Below are positions 27,551 through 38,295 of a stretch of 64,000 nt of DNA, piece after piece. Within the stretch, counting starts at the first letter, position 1. Every line of letters starts with the position of its first letter. The stretch is from Deferribacterales bacterium (GTDB lineage: Bacteria; Chrysiogenota; Deferribacteres; Deferribacterales; Geovibrionaceae). The stretch covers positions 384,001 to 448,000 of the forward strand of contig JBFWLW010000001.1 of NCBI GenBank assembly GCA_050251945.1, given 5' to 3'. The translations under genes were made by a program, and so were the position numbers. The notes under the pieces are model-generated. The model saw nothing but the letters and a program-made list of their open reading frames with translations, did no database searches and was not told where the DNA came from.

Positions 27551-28564
27551 ATGAAAAAACTGTTCACGCTTGTGCTTTCCATCATGGCACTCGCAGGTCT
27601 CACCGTTACTGCTCACGCAAGAGAGCAAATCAGAATCGTTGGTTCAAGTACAGTGTACCCCTTCTCTTCTTATGTTGCTGAAGAATTCGGTGCAACCAGC
27701 AAATTCCAGACTCCCATCATCGAGTCTACAGGTTCAGGCGGCGGTCACAAACTGTTCGCAGCAGGTTCAGACCTCAACACTCCGGACATCACTAACTCTT
27801 CCAGAAGAATGAAAGACAGTGAGTTCAACAAAAACATGGAAGTCGGTAACAAAGAAATCTCTGAAATTGTAATAGGTTTCGACGGTATCGCAATAGCTTT
27901 CAACAAAAAGAACCCTCCCATGTCTGTTTCTAAAAAGGATCTTTTCCTTGCAGTAGCAGCAGAAGTTCCCGTTGACGGCAAACTCGTTGCAAACCCCTAC
28001 AAAACATGGAGAGACGTTAACGCTTCTCTGCCTAACAAAAAAATAGTTATCTATGGTCCCCCCACCTCTTCAGGTACAAGAGACGCGTTTGAAGAAATGG
28101 TAATGGGTCACGTTTCCGAAAAAATGGATGAGTACGGCAAAAAAGCCTACACAAAAATCCGTCAGGACGGAGGCTATATCCCCGCCGGTGAAAACGACAA
28201 CCTTATCGTTCAGAAACTTGCAAAAGACCCCGAAGCAATGGGTATCTTCGGTTACTCTTTCCTTGAAGAGAACACCGACAAACTGCAAGGCGCAACTGTT
28301 GACGGTTTCGCACCCACACCTGCTAACATTTCTACAGGTAAATACCCGATATCACGCTCACTTTACTTCTATGTAAAACAGAGCCACATGGGCAAAATAC
28401 CCGGAATCACTGAATATGTTAATCTTTTCCTCAGCGAAAAAATGATCGGCGACAAAGGTCTTCTGAAAAGAATCGGTCTTATCCCGCTCCCCAAAGCTGA
28501 AAGAGATGCTCAGAGAGCAAAATGGGCCAAAAAAACGGCTCTCACTCTTAACGACCTTAAGTAA
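27551..28564 (+). CDS. pstS: Phosphate ABC transporter substrate-binding protein
   Basis: IRIVGSSTVYPF, ESTGSGGG, SGTRDAF and YPISRSLYFY motifs. Confidence 0.93.
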   Translation: MKKLFTLVLSIMALAGLTVTAHAREQIRIVGSSTVYPFSSYVAEEFGATSKFQTPIIESTGSGGGHKLFAAGSDLNTPDITNSSRRMKDSEFNKNMEVGNKEISEIVIGFDGIAIAFNKKNPPMSVSKKDLFLAVAAEVPVDGKLVANPYKTWRDVNASLPNKKIVIYGPPTSSGTRDAFEEMVMGHVSEKMDEYGKKAYTKIRQDGGYIPAGENDNLIVQKLAKDPEAMGIFGYSFLEENTDKLQGATVDGFAPTPANISTGKYPISRSLYFYVKQSHMGKIPGITEYVNLFLSEKMIGDKGLLKRIGLIPLPKAERDAQRAKWAKKTALTLNDLK

Positions 28565-28587
28565 TCTACGGTTCTTTGACAATACAC

Positions 28588-28613
28588 GGTCTGCCGTCAA
28601 TGGGCGGCAGACC
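28588..28613 (+). other. Stem-loop between pstS and pstC
   Basis: GGTCTGCCG / CGGCAGACC stem. Confidence 0.55.
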
Positions 28614-28639
28614 CCTTTAAATACTGTTTGGAGTTTCAG

Positions 28640-29881
28640 ATGCTCAAAGTTCTATTATACTTTCTCATCGGTGTTCTTCCCCTCTGCTATGCCGCATTCT
28701 ACATAGGACGTAAAAAAGCCAGAACGGGCGAACTCGAATCAGGAGAAAGATTTCACTCCAGACCCGCACACTACGGCTGGTACAGCGTCATATGGATGGC
28801 TGTTCCATCGCTTGCAGTTTCATTCATCTTTACAATACTCGGCTCGTCCAAGATATTTAAAGTCCCTTTCACAATGCACATAACAACAATCCTGCTTGTT
28901 GCGGCACTGGGTCTCTGGTATGCCCAGAAAAAAATAACCCAAAACCTCAAAGCAAGGAATTTTATCGAGAAGACAATCAAGGTGATGCTGATAACTGCTT
29001 CCCTTGTTTCAATATTAACAACAATAGGTATAGTGTTCTCCATCCTGTTTGAATCAATGAAGTTCTTTTCACAGGTAAACTTTTTCAGCTTCATAACAGG
29101 AACGGAATGGGATCCTGACACGGCTTTCCTTGCAGGTGCAGGAAGAGACGCTTCAAACGCAGCACAGGCGCAGTTCGGTTCCGTACCGATATTCGCCGGC
29201 ACGTTCATGATAACAACGATAGCCCTTCTTGTGGCTGTTCCCGTGGGACTTTTCTCCGCAATATTCATGAGCGAATACGCTTCCAACAGGATACGCAGCT
29301 GGGTTAAACCCATCCTTGAGATACTGGCGGGTATCCCCACTGTCGTATACGGCTTCTTTGCCGCTATTACAGTCAGCCCGCTGGTTGTTAAGCTGGCAGA
29401 AAGCGTCGGTTTACAGGCAGACTACACAAACGCACTCAGCCCCGGCATTGTTATGGGTATCATGATAATTCCGTTCGTGTCATCCCTTTCCGACGACGTA
29501 ATAAACGCGATTCCGCAAAACATGCGCGAAGGCTCACTGGCTCTGGGCATGACCCGCTCGGAGACCATGAAACACGTTCTTCTTCCGGCGGCAATGCCCG
29601 GTATAGTTTCCGCAGTTCTGCTTGCCCTCTCCCGCGCCATAGGCGAAACAATGATCGTTGTTATGGCGGCAGGTCTCCAGCCCAGACTTTCATGGAACCC
29701 GCTGGACGGTATGACAACAGTTACGGTTCGTATCGTCGATGCGCTTACAGGTGACCAGTCGTTTGACAGCCTTGAAACCCTTTCAGCTTTCGGTCTGGGT
29801 TTTGTACTGCTGGTGATCACGCTGATGCTCAACATAGTTTCCCGCATCGTTATCAGAAAGTTCCGCAAACAATACGTATAA
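28640..29881 (+). CDS. pstC: Phosphate ABC transporter permease PstC
   Basis: EILAGIPTVVYG and SRAIGETMIV motifs. Confidence 0.93.
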   Translation: MLKVLLYFLIGVLPLCYAAFYIGRKKARTGELESGERFHSRPAHYGWYSVIWMAVPSLAVSFIFTILGSSKIFKVPFTMHITTILLVAALGLWYAQKKITQNLKARNFIEKTIKVMLITASLVSILTTIGIVFSILFESMKFFSQVNFFSFITGTEWDPDTAFLAGAGRDASNAAQAQFGSVPIFAGTFMITTIALLVAVPVGLFSAIFMSEYASNRIRSWVKPILEILAGIPTVVYGFFAAITVSPLVVKLAESVGLQADYTNALSPGIVMGIMIIPFVSSLSDDVINAIPQNMREGSLALGMTRSETMKHVLLPAAMPGIVSAVLLALSRAIGETMIVVMAAGLQPRLSWNPLDGMTTVTVRIVDALTGDQSFDSLETLSAFGLGFVLLVITLMLNIVSRIVIRKFRKQYV

Positions 29882-29893
29882 TCGGGAAATAAG

Positions 29894-31057
29894 ATGGACA
29901 AAGAAACAAGACGACTTAAAAGGATAAAGAGAAGATACAGAGGCGAGATATCCTTCCGCCTGCTGTCGGTATCGGCAATAGTGCTGGCGGCATCGTTTCT
30001 GGTGTTCTTCCTTTCGGATATGATCCGCACAGGCTACACAGCCTTTGAACAGACAGTTGTTCAGACAGAAATAACATACGACGCAGACACTGTGGAAATA
30101 CCTCAGCTTGCGGTCTCTGAAGAGATGAGCGATCTGGTCAGCCGCGGTTTCCTCCGTCTTATCCCACAGATGGTTGAAGAAAACCCTAAGCTGATGAACA
30201 CCACTCAGACACAGTGGGTTCTTGCTGAGGCTGAAGTTGACCAGTATATGAAAGGCAAACCAAATAAGCTTTCCGAAGACGAAATGGCACACATCGACGG
30301 TCTGAAGAAAACCGGAAAGGTCAAGCTGGTATTTAACAAATGGTTTTTCAGCAACGGCGACTCGAAACTGCCTGAAATGGCGGGACTCCTGTCCGCTATA
30401 ATCGGTACGATATACGTCCTTATCCTTACGATGATGTTCTCCGTTCCCATAGGCGTCATGACAGCCATCTATCTTGAAGAGTTTGCACCCGACAACTGGT
30501 TCACACGCATCATAGAAGTCAACATTAACAACCTCGCCGCCATACCTTCGATCATCTTCGGTCTTCTTGGTCTGGCGATATTCATAAACCTGTTCGGTGT
30601 ACCCCGCTCTTCCGCTCTGGCAGGCGGTCTCACCCTTTCGCTTATGTCTCTTCCCGTTATCATCATAAGCACAAGAGCGGCTCTCTCATCCGTTCCAGAC
30701 ACTATACGTCAGGCGGCACAGGGCGTCGGCGCATCCCCGTGGCAGGTGGTCTGGCACCACATACTGCCTTTGAGCTTGCCCGGAATCATGACCGGTACTA
30801 TTATCAGTATGGCGCATGCCATCGGTGAAACAGCCCCCCTGCTGATTGTCGGTATGCTTGCATATATACCCACAGCCCCGTCAGGTATCACTCAGGCGGC
30901 GACAGTGCTTCCGGCGCAGATATACACATGGTCAGGCGACTCTCTGCGCGCATATACGGAAAGAACGGCTCTGGGCATCATAGTGCTCCTCTCTGTTCTG
31001 CTGCTGCTCAACGCGGTGGCTGTAGTTTTAAGAAATAAATACGAACGAAAATGGTAA
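29894..31057 (+). CDS. pstA: Phosphate ABC transporter permease PstA
   Basis: [11 protein letters not shown] and AIGETAPL motifs. Confidence 0.93.
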   Translation: MDKETRRLKRIKRRYRGEISFRLLSVSAIVLAASFLVFFLSDMIRTGYTAFEQTVVQTEITYDADTVEIPQLAVSEEMSDLVSRGFLRLIPQMVEENPKLMNTTQTQWVLAEAEVDQYMKGKPNKLSEDEMAHIDGLKKTGKVKLVFNKWFFSNGDSKLPEMAGLLSAIIGTIYVLILTMMFSVPIGVMTAIYLEEFAPDNWFTRIIEVNINNLAAIPSIIFGLLGLAIFINLFGVPRSSALAGGLTLSLMSLPVIIISTRAALSSVPDTIRQAAQGVGASPWQVVWHHILPLSLPGIMTGTIISMAHAIGETAPLLIVGMLAYIPTAPSGITQAATVLPAQIYTWSGDSLRAYTERTALGIIVLLSVLLLLNAVAVVLRNKYERKW

Positions 31058-31091
31058 TATACACCCACACAGCATCAGGAGTTTAAAGATA

Positions 31092-31856
31092 ATGGAAAAC
31101 AACATTAAAATGAAGTCTGACAACCTGAACTTCTACTACGGAAATTTTAAAGCATTAAAGGATATAAACCTCACCTTTCCCGAAAGGAAAGTAACGGCTC
31201 TGATAGGTCCTTCCGGCTGCGGTAAATCAACCTACCTCAGATGCTTCAACAGGATGAACGACCTCATTAAAGGTATAAGAGTTGAAGGCGGAATATATCT
31301 CGACGAACAGGAAATACACGATTCAAAACTTGATGTTGTGGAACTGCGCAGACGTGTGGGTATGGTCTTCCAGAAGCCGAACCCCTTCCCTAAGACAATT
31401 TATGAGAACATTGCATATGCGCCCAGAATACACGGTCTCGTTTCAAAAGGAAGCGAGATGGACGACCTTGTCGAGGGTTCTTTGAAAAAAGCAGGTCTCT
31501 GGGAAGAGGTTAAAGACAGACTTAAATCTCAGGCAACAGCACTTTCAGGCGGTCAGCAGCAGCGTCTCTGCATAGCACGCGCGCTTGCCATGGAACCGGA
31601 GGTTCTTCTCATGGACGAACCGGCATCGGCTCTCGACCCCATCGCAACACAAAAGATAGAGGAACTTATATACGAGCTTAAGGAAAGGCTCACAGTCATA
31701 ATCGTTACCCACAACATGCAGCAGGCGGCAAGAGTCTCCGACTACACAGCGTTCTTTTACATGGGAGAGCTTATTGAAGTCGGCGACACAAGCACCATCT
31801 TCACCAACCCCACCGTCAAAAAAACAGAGGACTATATAACCGGAAGATTCGGTTAA
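31092..31856 (+). CDS. pstB: Phosphate ABC transporter ATPase
   Basis: [38 protein letters not shown] terminus. Confidence 0.96.
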   Translation: MENNIKMKSDNLNFYYGNFKALKDINLTFPERKVTALIGPSGCGKSTYLRCFNRMNDLIKGIRVEGGIYLDEQEIHDSKLDVVELRRRVGMVFQKPNPFPKTIYENIAYAPRIHGLVSKGSEMDDLVEGSLKKAGLWEEVKDRLKSQATALSGGQQQRLCIARALAMEPEVLLMDEPASALDPIATQKIEELIYELKERLTVIIVTHNMQQAARVSDYTAFFYMGELIEVGDTSTIFTNPTVKKTEDYITGRFG

Positions 31857-31884
31857 TACCCTTACCTCATATACTACCCTTTCG

Positions 31885-31911
31885 GGCGGTCTGAAATGAC
31901 CGCCTTTTTTT
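31885..31911 (+). terminator. Intrinsic terminator of pst operon
   Basis: GGCGGTC-tgaaat-GACCGCC then T7. Confidence 0.8.
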
Positions 31912-31974
31912 GTCATGAATTCGTCAAGTATTTGCAAAGTATTCTTAATATTGCATAAATTCACAATCTATTGA

Positions 31975-32003
31975 TTGACTGATCATCCTCTCCGTCATAA
32001 AAT
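31975..32003 (+). promoter_or_regulatory. Sigma70-like promoter of MCP gene
   Basis: TTGACT-17-TAAAAT. Confidence 0.5.
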
Positions 32004-32057
32004 TCGATAAAACAGATATTAAATTATTATTGATCAAAAATTTACGGCGGTGAAAAT

Positions 32058-34046
32058 ATGACTTTCAATGTCAAAAACATGAGAATAAAGACCAAAACTC
32101 TGATACTGTTCTCCATATGTATCCTTTTCAGTATCGTGATAACGGGATATTCTGTCATAAGCACAATTGAAAATCATCTTTTCAAACAGATAGAAGTTCT
32201 TCTGTCTTTTCAGGCAAACTCCATTAAAGAACGTTTGAAAGGTTTTGACGAACTTTCGGCAAAACTGGCGGAGTCCAATAAGGGCGATGTGAACATGATA
32301 CTGGAAAACGAACTGACATCAATGAACGACACCGCAGAAAGGATATCAGGCGCGTATACTATAGCAGGCGAGGATTTTGAGTCTGTTAAATTCCGCATAA
32401 TGGACATAATAGACAAGAAACGTATCGGTAAATCAGGCTTTGCGTTCGCCATAGATACTGACGGCTTTATGACCGTCATGCCAAATATGAAAATAGAGAA
32501 CGAAGACACTCTTTTAGGACTTCTGAAAGATAAAAAAGACATAACCGTCCTTAATACTAAAATGGGTGAAAAACTATACACCAGATGCCGTTTCAGCGAT
32601 AAATATCAATGGCTTCTCTGTGCCTTACTGCCGGAAAAAGAGGCATCATCAGGTTCCATTTACATAGACAACTACGCAAAGAAATCCTTTGAGAACATGG
32701 TGCTTACACAAAAGATAGGTAAAACAGGCTACTATTTCGTTGTGGATATGAAGGGCAAAGTTCTCATGCACCCCGACGGAAAAATGAATGGCAAAGACCT
32801 TTCAAAAGAGAGCTATGTCAAAGAGATGCTGAAAAACAAGCAGGGGTCTCTCACATACACGAAAAACGGGCAGAGACAGCTCGTCAGCTATGCGTACATT
32901 GACCCGCTGAACTGCATACTGGCAGGCGGCGCCCCCGCATCCGAACTTGTCGGCGGAGTTATCGGCGGCATAGTGTTCCGGTTCACAATCATAGCGATAA
33001 TCGTCATAATAGCCGCATCGGTGTTCATGAACATCCTTTTCAAAAGCAATATCGTTAATCCCATCAACAGGCTCGGAAGTTTTCTTGAAAGACTTTCATC
33101 CGGCGACCTGACATCCAGATACGACATAAACCGCAGAGATGAAGTCGGCGAAATGGGTGAACACATCAACCACATGGCGGAAAATTTCAGTACCACACTC
33201 AAAGAGGTCAGTATTGCCGCAGGGGACGTAAGCAGGCACTCAAACGACCTTCTGCAATCAAGCAGTCAGCTGAGTGATGCAATCAAATCCCAATCCGACC
33301 GCACGGCAAAGGTTGAACGCGCAGTGCGGGAGATACTTATTTCTTTTGAAAACATATCACAGAACATAGAAAGGGTAAGCTCCGAAGTAATGCAGATAAG
33401 AAATAGTGCGGCAGAGGGACAAACAACCCTTGAAGAGACTGTATCCGGCATCAACTCACTTACGGAAACAGTTGTAACCACATCAGAAAACATGAACAGT
33501 CTTGGAAACTCATCCATTCATATCACGGAGATATTACAGGTCATCACAGATATAGCCGACCAGACGAATCTTCTGGCGCTCAACGCTGCCATAGAGGCGG
33601 CAAGAGCCGGTGAGCACGGCAGAGGTTTTGCAGTTGTTGCCGATGAAGTGCGCAAGCTTGCAGAACGCACCAGAAGCGCCACAGAGGAAATATCAGGTAT
33701 GACGGATAACATCCGCAGGCAGGTTGAAACGTCTGTAAAGGATTTTGAAAAAGGGGCAAAACTGGCACAGAAGGGAGAAGAACTCATTTCAGGTCTGAAA
33801 CAGGCGCTTGAGGAGATAATCAAAGGTGTTATCAGCGTTTCCGACAGCATACAGTCTATATCCGCCGCAATGGATCAGCAGAACAGATCCAGCCGGGAGA
33901 TATCGGAAAACTCTGCCACTATCGCATCTTTTTCCAAAACGAACGCGGATATCGCTCAATTAAACTCATCTCAGGCAGATATTCTGAACGGACTTGCCGA
34001 CAGTCTGGGACAGGCTGTGAAAAAATTCAGGTTGAATAATAACTGA
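32058..34046 (+). CDS. Methyl-accepting chemotaxis protein (Cache + HAMP)
   Basis: [40 protein letters not shown] signalling hairpin. Confidence 0.95.
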   Translation: MTFNVKNMRIKTKTLILFSICILFSIVITGYSVISTIENHLFKQIEVLLSFQANSIKERLKGFDELSAKLAESNKGDVNMILENELTSMNDTAERISGAYTIAGEDFESVKFRIMDIIDKKRIGKSGFAFAIDTDGFMTVMPNMKIENEDTLLGLLKDKKDITVLNTKMGEKLYTRCRFSDKYQWLLCALLPEKEASSGSIYIDNYAKKSFENMVLTQKIGKTGYYFVVDMKGKVLMHPDGKMNGKDLSKESYVKEMLKNKQGSLTYTKNGQRQLVSYAYIDPLNCILAGGAPASELVGGVIGGIVFRFTIIAIIVIIAASVFMNILFKSNIVNPINRLGSFLERLSSGDLTSRYDINRRDEVGEMGEHINHMAENFSTTLKEVSIAAGDVSRHSNDLLQSSSQLSDAIKSQSDRTAKVERAVREILISFENISQNIERVSSEVMQIRNSAAEGQTTLEETVSGINSLTETVVTTSENMNSLGNSSIHITEILQVITDIADQTNLLALNAAIEAARAGEHGRGFAVVADEVRKLAERTRSATEEISGMTDNIRRQVETSVKDFEKGAKLAQKGEELISGLKQALEEIIKGVISVSDSIQSISAAMDQQNRSSREISENSATIASFSKTNADIAQLNSSQADILNGLADSLGQAVKKFRLNNN

Positions 34047-34097
34047 CAGGGGTGTAAAGTCCAGTCCTTATGATTACCTTTTTATAAGGATTTGAGG

Positions 34098-34988
34098 ATG
34101 CAGAACAAGTTCAGAGAATATTTCGCGGACAGCTCTCTGCTGTTCATATCGCTGATATGGGGCAGCACGTTCATCATAATAAAACAGAGTGTGGAGCTTT
34201 TTGAGCCTATAACATTCGTCGGCATACGTTTTTCCATAGCTCTCGCCATAATGCTTGTGTTCTGCTGGTTTCGCCGCGAACTCTTCACTTTTGCCCTGCT
34301 TAAAGACGGTCTCAAAATAGGTTTTATCCTGTTTTTGGTATTCACATTCCAGACACTTGCGCTGAAATATGCAAAAGCAACCGAAGTCGGTTTTCTGACA
34401 GGTACCTATGTACTCTTCGTTCCCATTCTCTCCGCAATATTTCTCAAAAAACATCCGCATATCTTCTCTTGGGTGGGCGTTGTGCTTTCCACAGCGGGTA
34501 TGCTCATGATAACCCTTACAGACAGCATAAGCCTCTCCACGGGTCAGCTTTTCGCGCTTATAAACGCCTTCTTCATCGGTGTTCAGATAATAATGACAGA
34601 CAAGTATTCCAGAAAGCACGACGCAATGCTCCTTACAACAGTTGAAGTGGGCGTTGTCGCCGTCATGTCTCTTCTTTATGCCGCGGCGTTTGAAAATCCC
34701 GATATGGGTGCTCTGAAACACCCTTTCGTAATGTATTCCCTGCTCTTTAACGCCACCATAGCAACAGTTTTCTGCTTTTTCGTGCAGATGGCAATGCAGA
34801 AGCACACCACCCCCACAAAGGCGGCGATAATGTTTACAATGGAACCCATATCATCGGCTTTTTTCAGCTTTTTCATAGGCGGTGAAGTGCTTATGGCAAA
34901 ACAGTATATGGGAGCTGCATTGATCGTTCTGGCTATTACGGCGGCAGAAGCGGGAACCCTGCTGCGTCTCAAAAAAATTAAGACTTGA
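34098..34988 (+). CDS. DMT/EamA-family transporter
   Basis: IWGSTF and MEPISSA motifs; about 10 TM helices. Confidence 0.88.
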   Translation: MQNKFREYFADSSLLFISLIWGSTFIIIKQSVELFEPITFVGIRFSIALAIMLVFCWFRRELFTFALLKDGLKIGFILFLVFTFQTLALKYAKATEVGFLTGTYVLFVPILSAIFLKKHPHIFSWVGVVLSTAGMLMITLTDSISLSTGQLFALINAFFIGVQIIMTDKYSRKHDAMLLTTVEVGVVAVMSLLYAAAFENPDMGALKHPFVMYSLLFNATIATVFCFFVQMAMQKHTTPTKAAIMFTMEPISSAFFSFFIGGEVLMAKQYMGAALIVLAITAAEAGTLLRLKKIKT

Positions 34989-35021
34989 TATTTTCATAAT
35001 TACACACATCTTTTCGATAAG

Positions 35022-36587
35022 ATGTATGAACAATATGAAAAACTAATCAACAGTTTAAATAATCGTATTCTGCGGATTTCATTCCTTATCTTCGTTCTGA
35101 TAACTCTTGCTTTGGCAATTGTTCTCACAGCAATTGCTTTAGGAGCACAGTCATACACTCTTGACAGTTTGAAAAAGAATGAGTTAACAGCGGTCAATTA
35201 CCAGACTGATATAATAAAACACGCCATAACAGAGATTTCCGAGGACGTTTTGCTGATTTCACAGAATGACGCTCTGAAAAGATATCTCGCCACCGGAAAC
35301 GAAATCTATGCAGACGAGTTCGCGTCCGACCTGGTGACTATTTCCAAAATAAGAACAAACTATGATCAATTGAGATACATTGACGAAAAAGGTATGGAGC
35401 GCATACGCGTCAATTATCAATTCGGTGAACCATATATAGTGGCAAAGAACAGCCTTCAAAATAAAGACAGCAGATATTATTTCAACAACACGATGAACAA
35501 ATCCGGAAAAACAATATATATCTCGCCAATAGATCTGAACATTGAGAACGGTATTCTGGAAATACCCATGAAACCCATGATACGTTTCGGTATAAAACTT
35601 TATTCTGACAATAAGGAAAAAGGCATATTCATAGCAAACTATACGGCGGGCGACCTCTTAAACAGATTAAAAAAAACTGTCAATTCTATTAATGGCGAAA
35701 TAAATATCCTGAACAACAATGGCTACTGGCTTTTAAGCAGCAAAGATGGGAATGAGTGGGGATTTATGCTCGACGACAGAGCGTCAAGAAAGTTCCAGAA
35801 CGATTTTCCGGAAGAATGGGACGCAATAACCTATAAAGGCTCAGGACAGACCCAAACCAAAAACGGTATTTTCACCTTTAATACAGTATATCTTTTCGAG
35901 AACGGCTCTGTTTCTGAAAATGTTCTGAACAATGAAAAAAACGTGGAAGTCTGGCGTCTGATACAGCGTATACCGCCCGACAAGATCAAAAAATATCAGA
36001 ATGAACAGAACACTGTAATAATCTACATACTGGCTGCGGCTCTTCTGCTTTCATTCATTCCCGCATGGATTGCCGCCGAATATTCGGGAAGGAAAAAGCT
36101 GGGACGTACCGCTAAACATCTTGTCAAAAACTATGACCCGGTAACACGGATGCCAAGCAGGGTTCTTTTCTTCAAGGATCTGAGCGATAAAGTAAATTTT
36201 GTATCAAAATCACACGAAGCACTGGGGCTTCTGCTCTTTGAACTTACAAACCTGAATGAGCTGCTTCAAAAATGCGGTACAGAGGCAACAGAACACGTTC
36301 TTGTGAACGTAGCGGAAATACTGGACAGTTCAACCGACAAGAACGTTTCCGCCTATTCAATAGGCAACGGAAGGTTTGCCATGATAGCTGGTGAATCCAT
36401 GACCAGACAGGAACTTGATAAGCTTAAACAGTCTGTTCTATTAAAACTCCATGAGATAAAACCTGAAAATATAAACTCATTCACGATCAAATTTGCGGTC
36501 GGTTCATGCCTCTACCCCGAAGATGCATATGAGCACTTTGCCATATACAGTTTCGCAGAACAATCCCTCCAAAAATCTGCAAAATAG
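35022..36587 (+). CDS. dCache sensor with degenerate GGDEF-like domain
   Basis: YDQLRYIDEKGMERIRV / LQNKDSRYYF Cache region; DPVTRMPSR; GNGRF in place of GGDEF. Confidence 0.75.
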   Translation: MYEQYEKLINSLNNRILRISFLIFVLITLALAIVLTAIALGAQSYTLDSLKKNELTAVNYQTDIIKHAITEISEDVLLISQNDALKRYLATGNEIYADEFASDLVTISKIRTNYDQLRYIDEKGMERIRVNYQFGEPYIVAKNSLQNKDSRYYFNNTMNKSGKTIYISPIDLNIENGILEIPMKPMIRFGIKLYSDNKEKGIFIANYTAGDLLNRLKKTVNSINGEINILNNNGYWLLSSKDGNEWGFMLDDRASRKFQNDFPEEWDAITYKGSGQTQTKNGIFTFNTVYLFENGSVSENVLNNEKNVEVWRLIQRIPPDKIKKYQNEQNTVIIYILAAALLLSFIPAWIAAEYSGRKKLGRTAKHLVKNYDPVTRMPSRVLFFKDLSDKVNFVSKSHEALGLLLFELTNLNELLQKCGTEATEHVLVNVAEILDSSTDKNVSAYSIGNGRFAMIAGESMTRQELDKLKQSVLLKLHEIKPENINSFTIKFAVGSCLYPEDAYEHFAIYSFAEQSLQKSAK

Positions 36588-36930
36588 TTCATATCTCCCA
36601 TTTTATACTCCGTATTACTATTTTTTAGCCTTTATAAAAGCGGATATCAGCGTTTGTTCTGTCAAAAAGTGCCCTGAAAACCTTTATAATCAGCCTATGA
36701 ATATATCTGTTTTTTCTCTATCTGCCCAAGTATTTAACCGGAATATTTTCATCATGCATAATGCATCTATATTATATTTTTACATGCAATAATAATTAAT
36801 CTGAACTTTTTTGGGTTTTCTCTGTTTTTTTTATTGACTAAAGCAAGTAATCAGAATAATAACAGTCAAAATTCATATGATACCGCAGACCAATGAGAAG
36901 CAGTCTGCATCGGGTCAGGGAGCCTTTTTC

Positions 36931-37353
36931 ATGGCAGAGCAAACAACTATTTCCGCGGAGCCTTCCCGATGGACAGCTTTAACGGAAAAAGCTAAGAAAG
37001 AAAGCGTTTGGGGCATCGCCTCCAGCTTTGATATTTACAACTGCAACCCGGACACAATAAGGGATGCAGAAGCCATCAAAACATTCGTAAGGGAGCTTTG
37101 CGACCTTATCGAAATGAAGCGGTTCGGTGAAACCGTTGTCGTACACTTCGGCGAAGACGAAAAAGTCGCCGGATTCTCCATGACACAGCTTATTGAAACG
37201 TCTCTGATATCAGCGCATTTTGCCAACCTGACAAATACCGTATATCTCGACGTATTCAGCTGCAAGCCTTACGACCCGGCTCTGGTAGAAAATTTCTCAA
37301 TGAAATTCTTCGGCGGAGAACGTTGTAACGTAAACGTCAATCTCAGGTATTAA
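36931..37353 (+). CDS. Pyruvoyl-dependent AdoMet-decarboxylase (SpeD/SpeH class)-like proenzyme
   Basis: DIYNCNP, GFSMTQLIETSLISAHF and YLDVFSCK motifs; start at ATG 36931 with GGGAG RBS. Confidence 0.85.
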   Translation: MAEQTTISAEPSRWTALTEKAKKESVWGIASSFDIYNCNPDTIRDAEAIKTFVRELCDLIEMKRFGETVVVHFGEDEKVAGFSMTQLIETSLISAHFANLTNTVYLDVFSCKPYDPALVENFSMKFFGGERCNVNVNLRY

Positions 37354-38295
37354 ATGTTAAACATCAGTATCCATACTGACCCTGCGGAGTGTCGCAGGCT
37401 GTGGGAAGCACACATTCCTCAGAAGGTCGTTTTCGACCTTTGGGATGTGAGAGAGGCTTTCCACAGAACCTTTGCGCGTGAACTCTGCTTTGTAACCGCA
37501 GAAAAAGACGGCGAATTCGTCGGTCTTCTGCCGCTCTGTAAAATAACCGAAACGGGTACTTTAGGTTTTTTCCCCGGCGAGGCATGGCACGGCAAAACGT
37601 GGCTGGAGCAAAACCGTCTTTTTGCAGACAGCAGGGCAACCCTTGACGCCATGATAGCCTTTGCCGCAGACAGCACAGGATTGAAATATCATATCCGCTA
37701 TCTTCTGCCAGACGGCGAACTTCAAACGGACATAGAGGACGAAACCGGATATCTGTTCACTCCGTCCCGCTACGGATGCCGTATGGACGGTTATTACGCC
37801 TCATTCACAGGCAGAACGGCAAAGAAGATGAAAAAAGAATCCTCGGTCTATGAAAAATCCATCACGGTGATCTATGACAGACCGGAGGATTTTGAATTGC
37901 TGATAAAGATGAACACCGACCGTTTCGGCGGTGATTCATACTTTTCGGATAAAAGATTCGCGAACGGCTTCAGAAACCTGATATCGTACCTTAATGAAAA
38001 TAAAATGCTCCGCGTCACCTCCGTTCTGATAGACGGCGAATATGCCGCCATAGACGCAGGGAGCATCTTTAAAAACGTATACACACTGCTTGCAGGCGGC
38101 ACAAACACAAAATTTCCCGGTATAGCCAAATTCATAAACACACTGCATCTGGATTATTCATGCAGAATGGGCTTCGACCATGCGGATTTCCTCTGCGGGA
38201 ATTTTTCATGGAAATCAATGTTCCACCTTGAGCCGCGTCCGCTTTACAAGATATCAAACACGGAAGAATCCGTGTTCGAGGTCTGTCATGCCTGA
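37354..38295 (+). CDS. GNAT-family protein (Acetyltransf_6/FemAB-like)
   Basis: VGLLPL N-terminal strand; FPGIAK...DFLCGNFSWK C-terminal GNAT pattern. Confidence 0.7.
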   Translation: MLNISIHTDPAECRRLWEAHIPQKVVFDLWDVREAFHRTFARELCFVTAEKDGEFVGLLPLCKITETGTLGFFPGEAWHGKTWLEQNRLFADSRATLDAMIAFAADSTGLKYHIRYLLPDGELQTDIEDETGYLFTPSRYGCRMDGYYASFTGRTAKKMKKESSVYEKSITVIYDRPEDFELLIKMNTDRFGGDSYFSDKRFANGFRNLISYLNENKMLRVTSVLIDGEYAAIDAGSIFKNVYTLLAGGTNTKFPGIAKFINTLHLDYSCRMGFDHADFLCGNFSWKSMFHLEPRPLYKISNTEESVFEVCHA

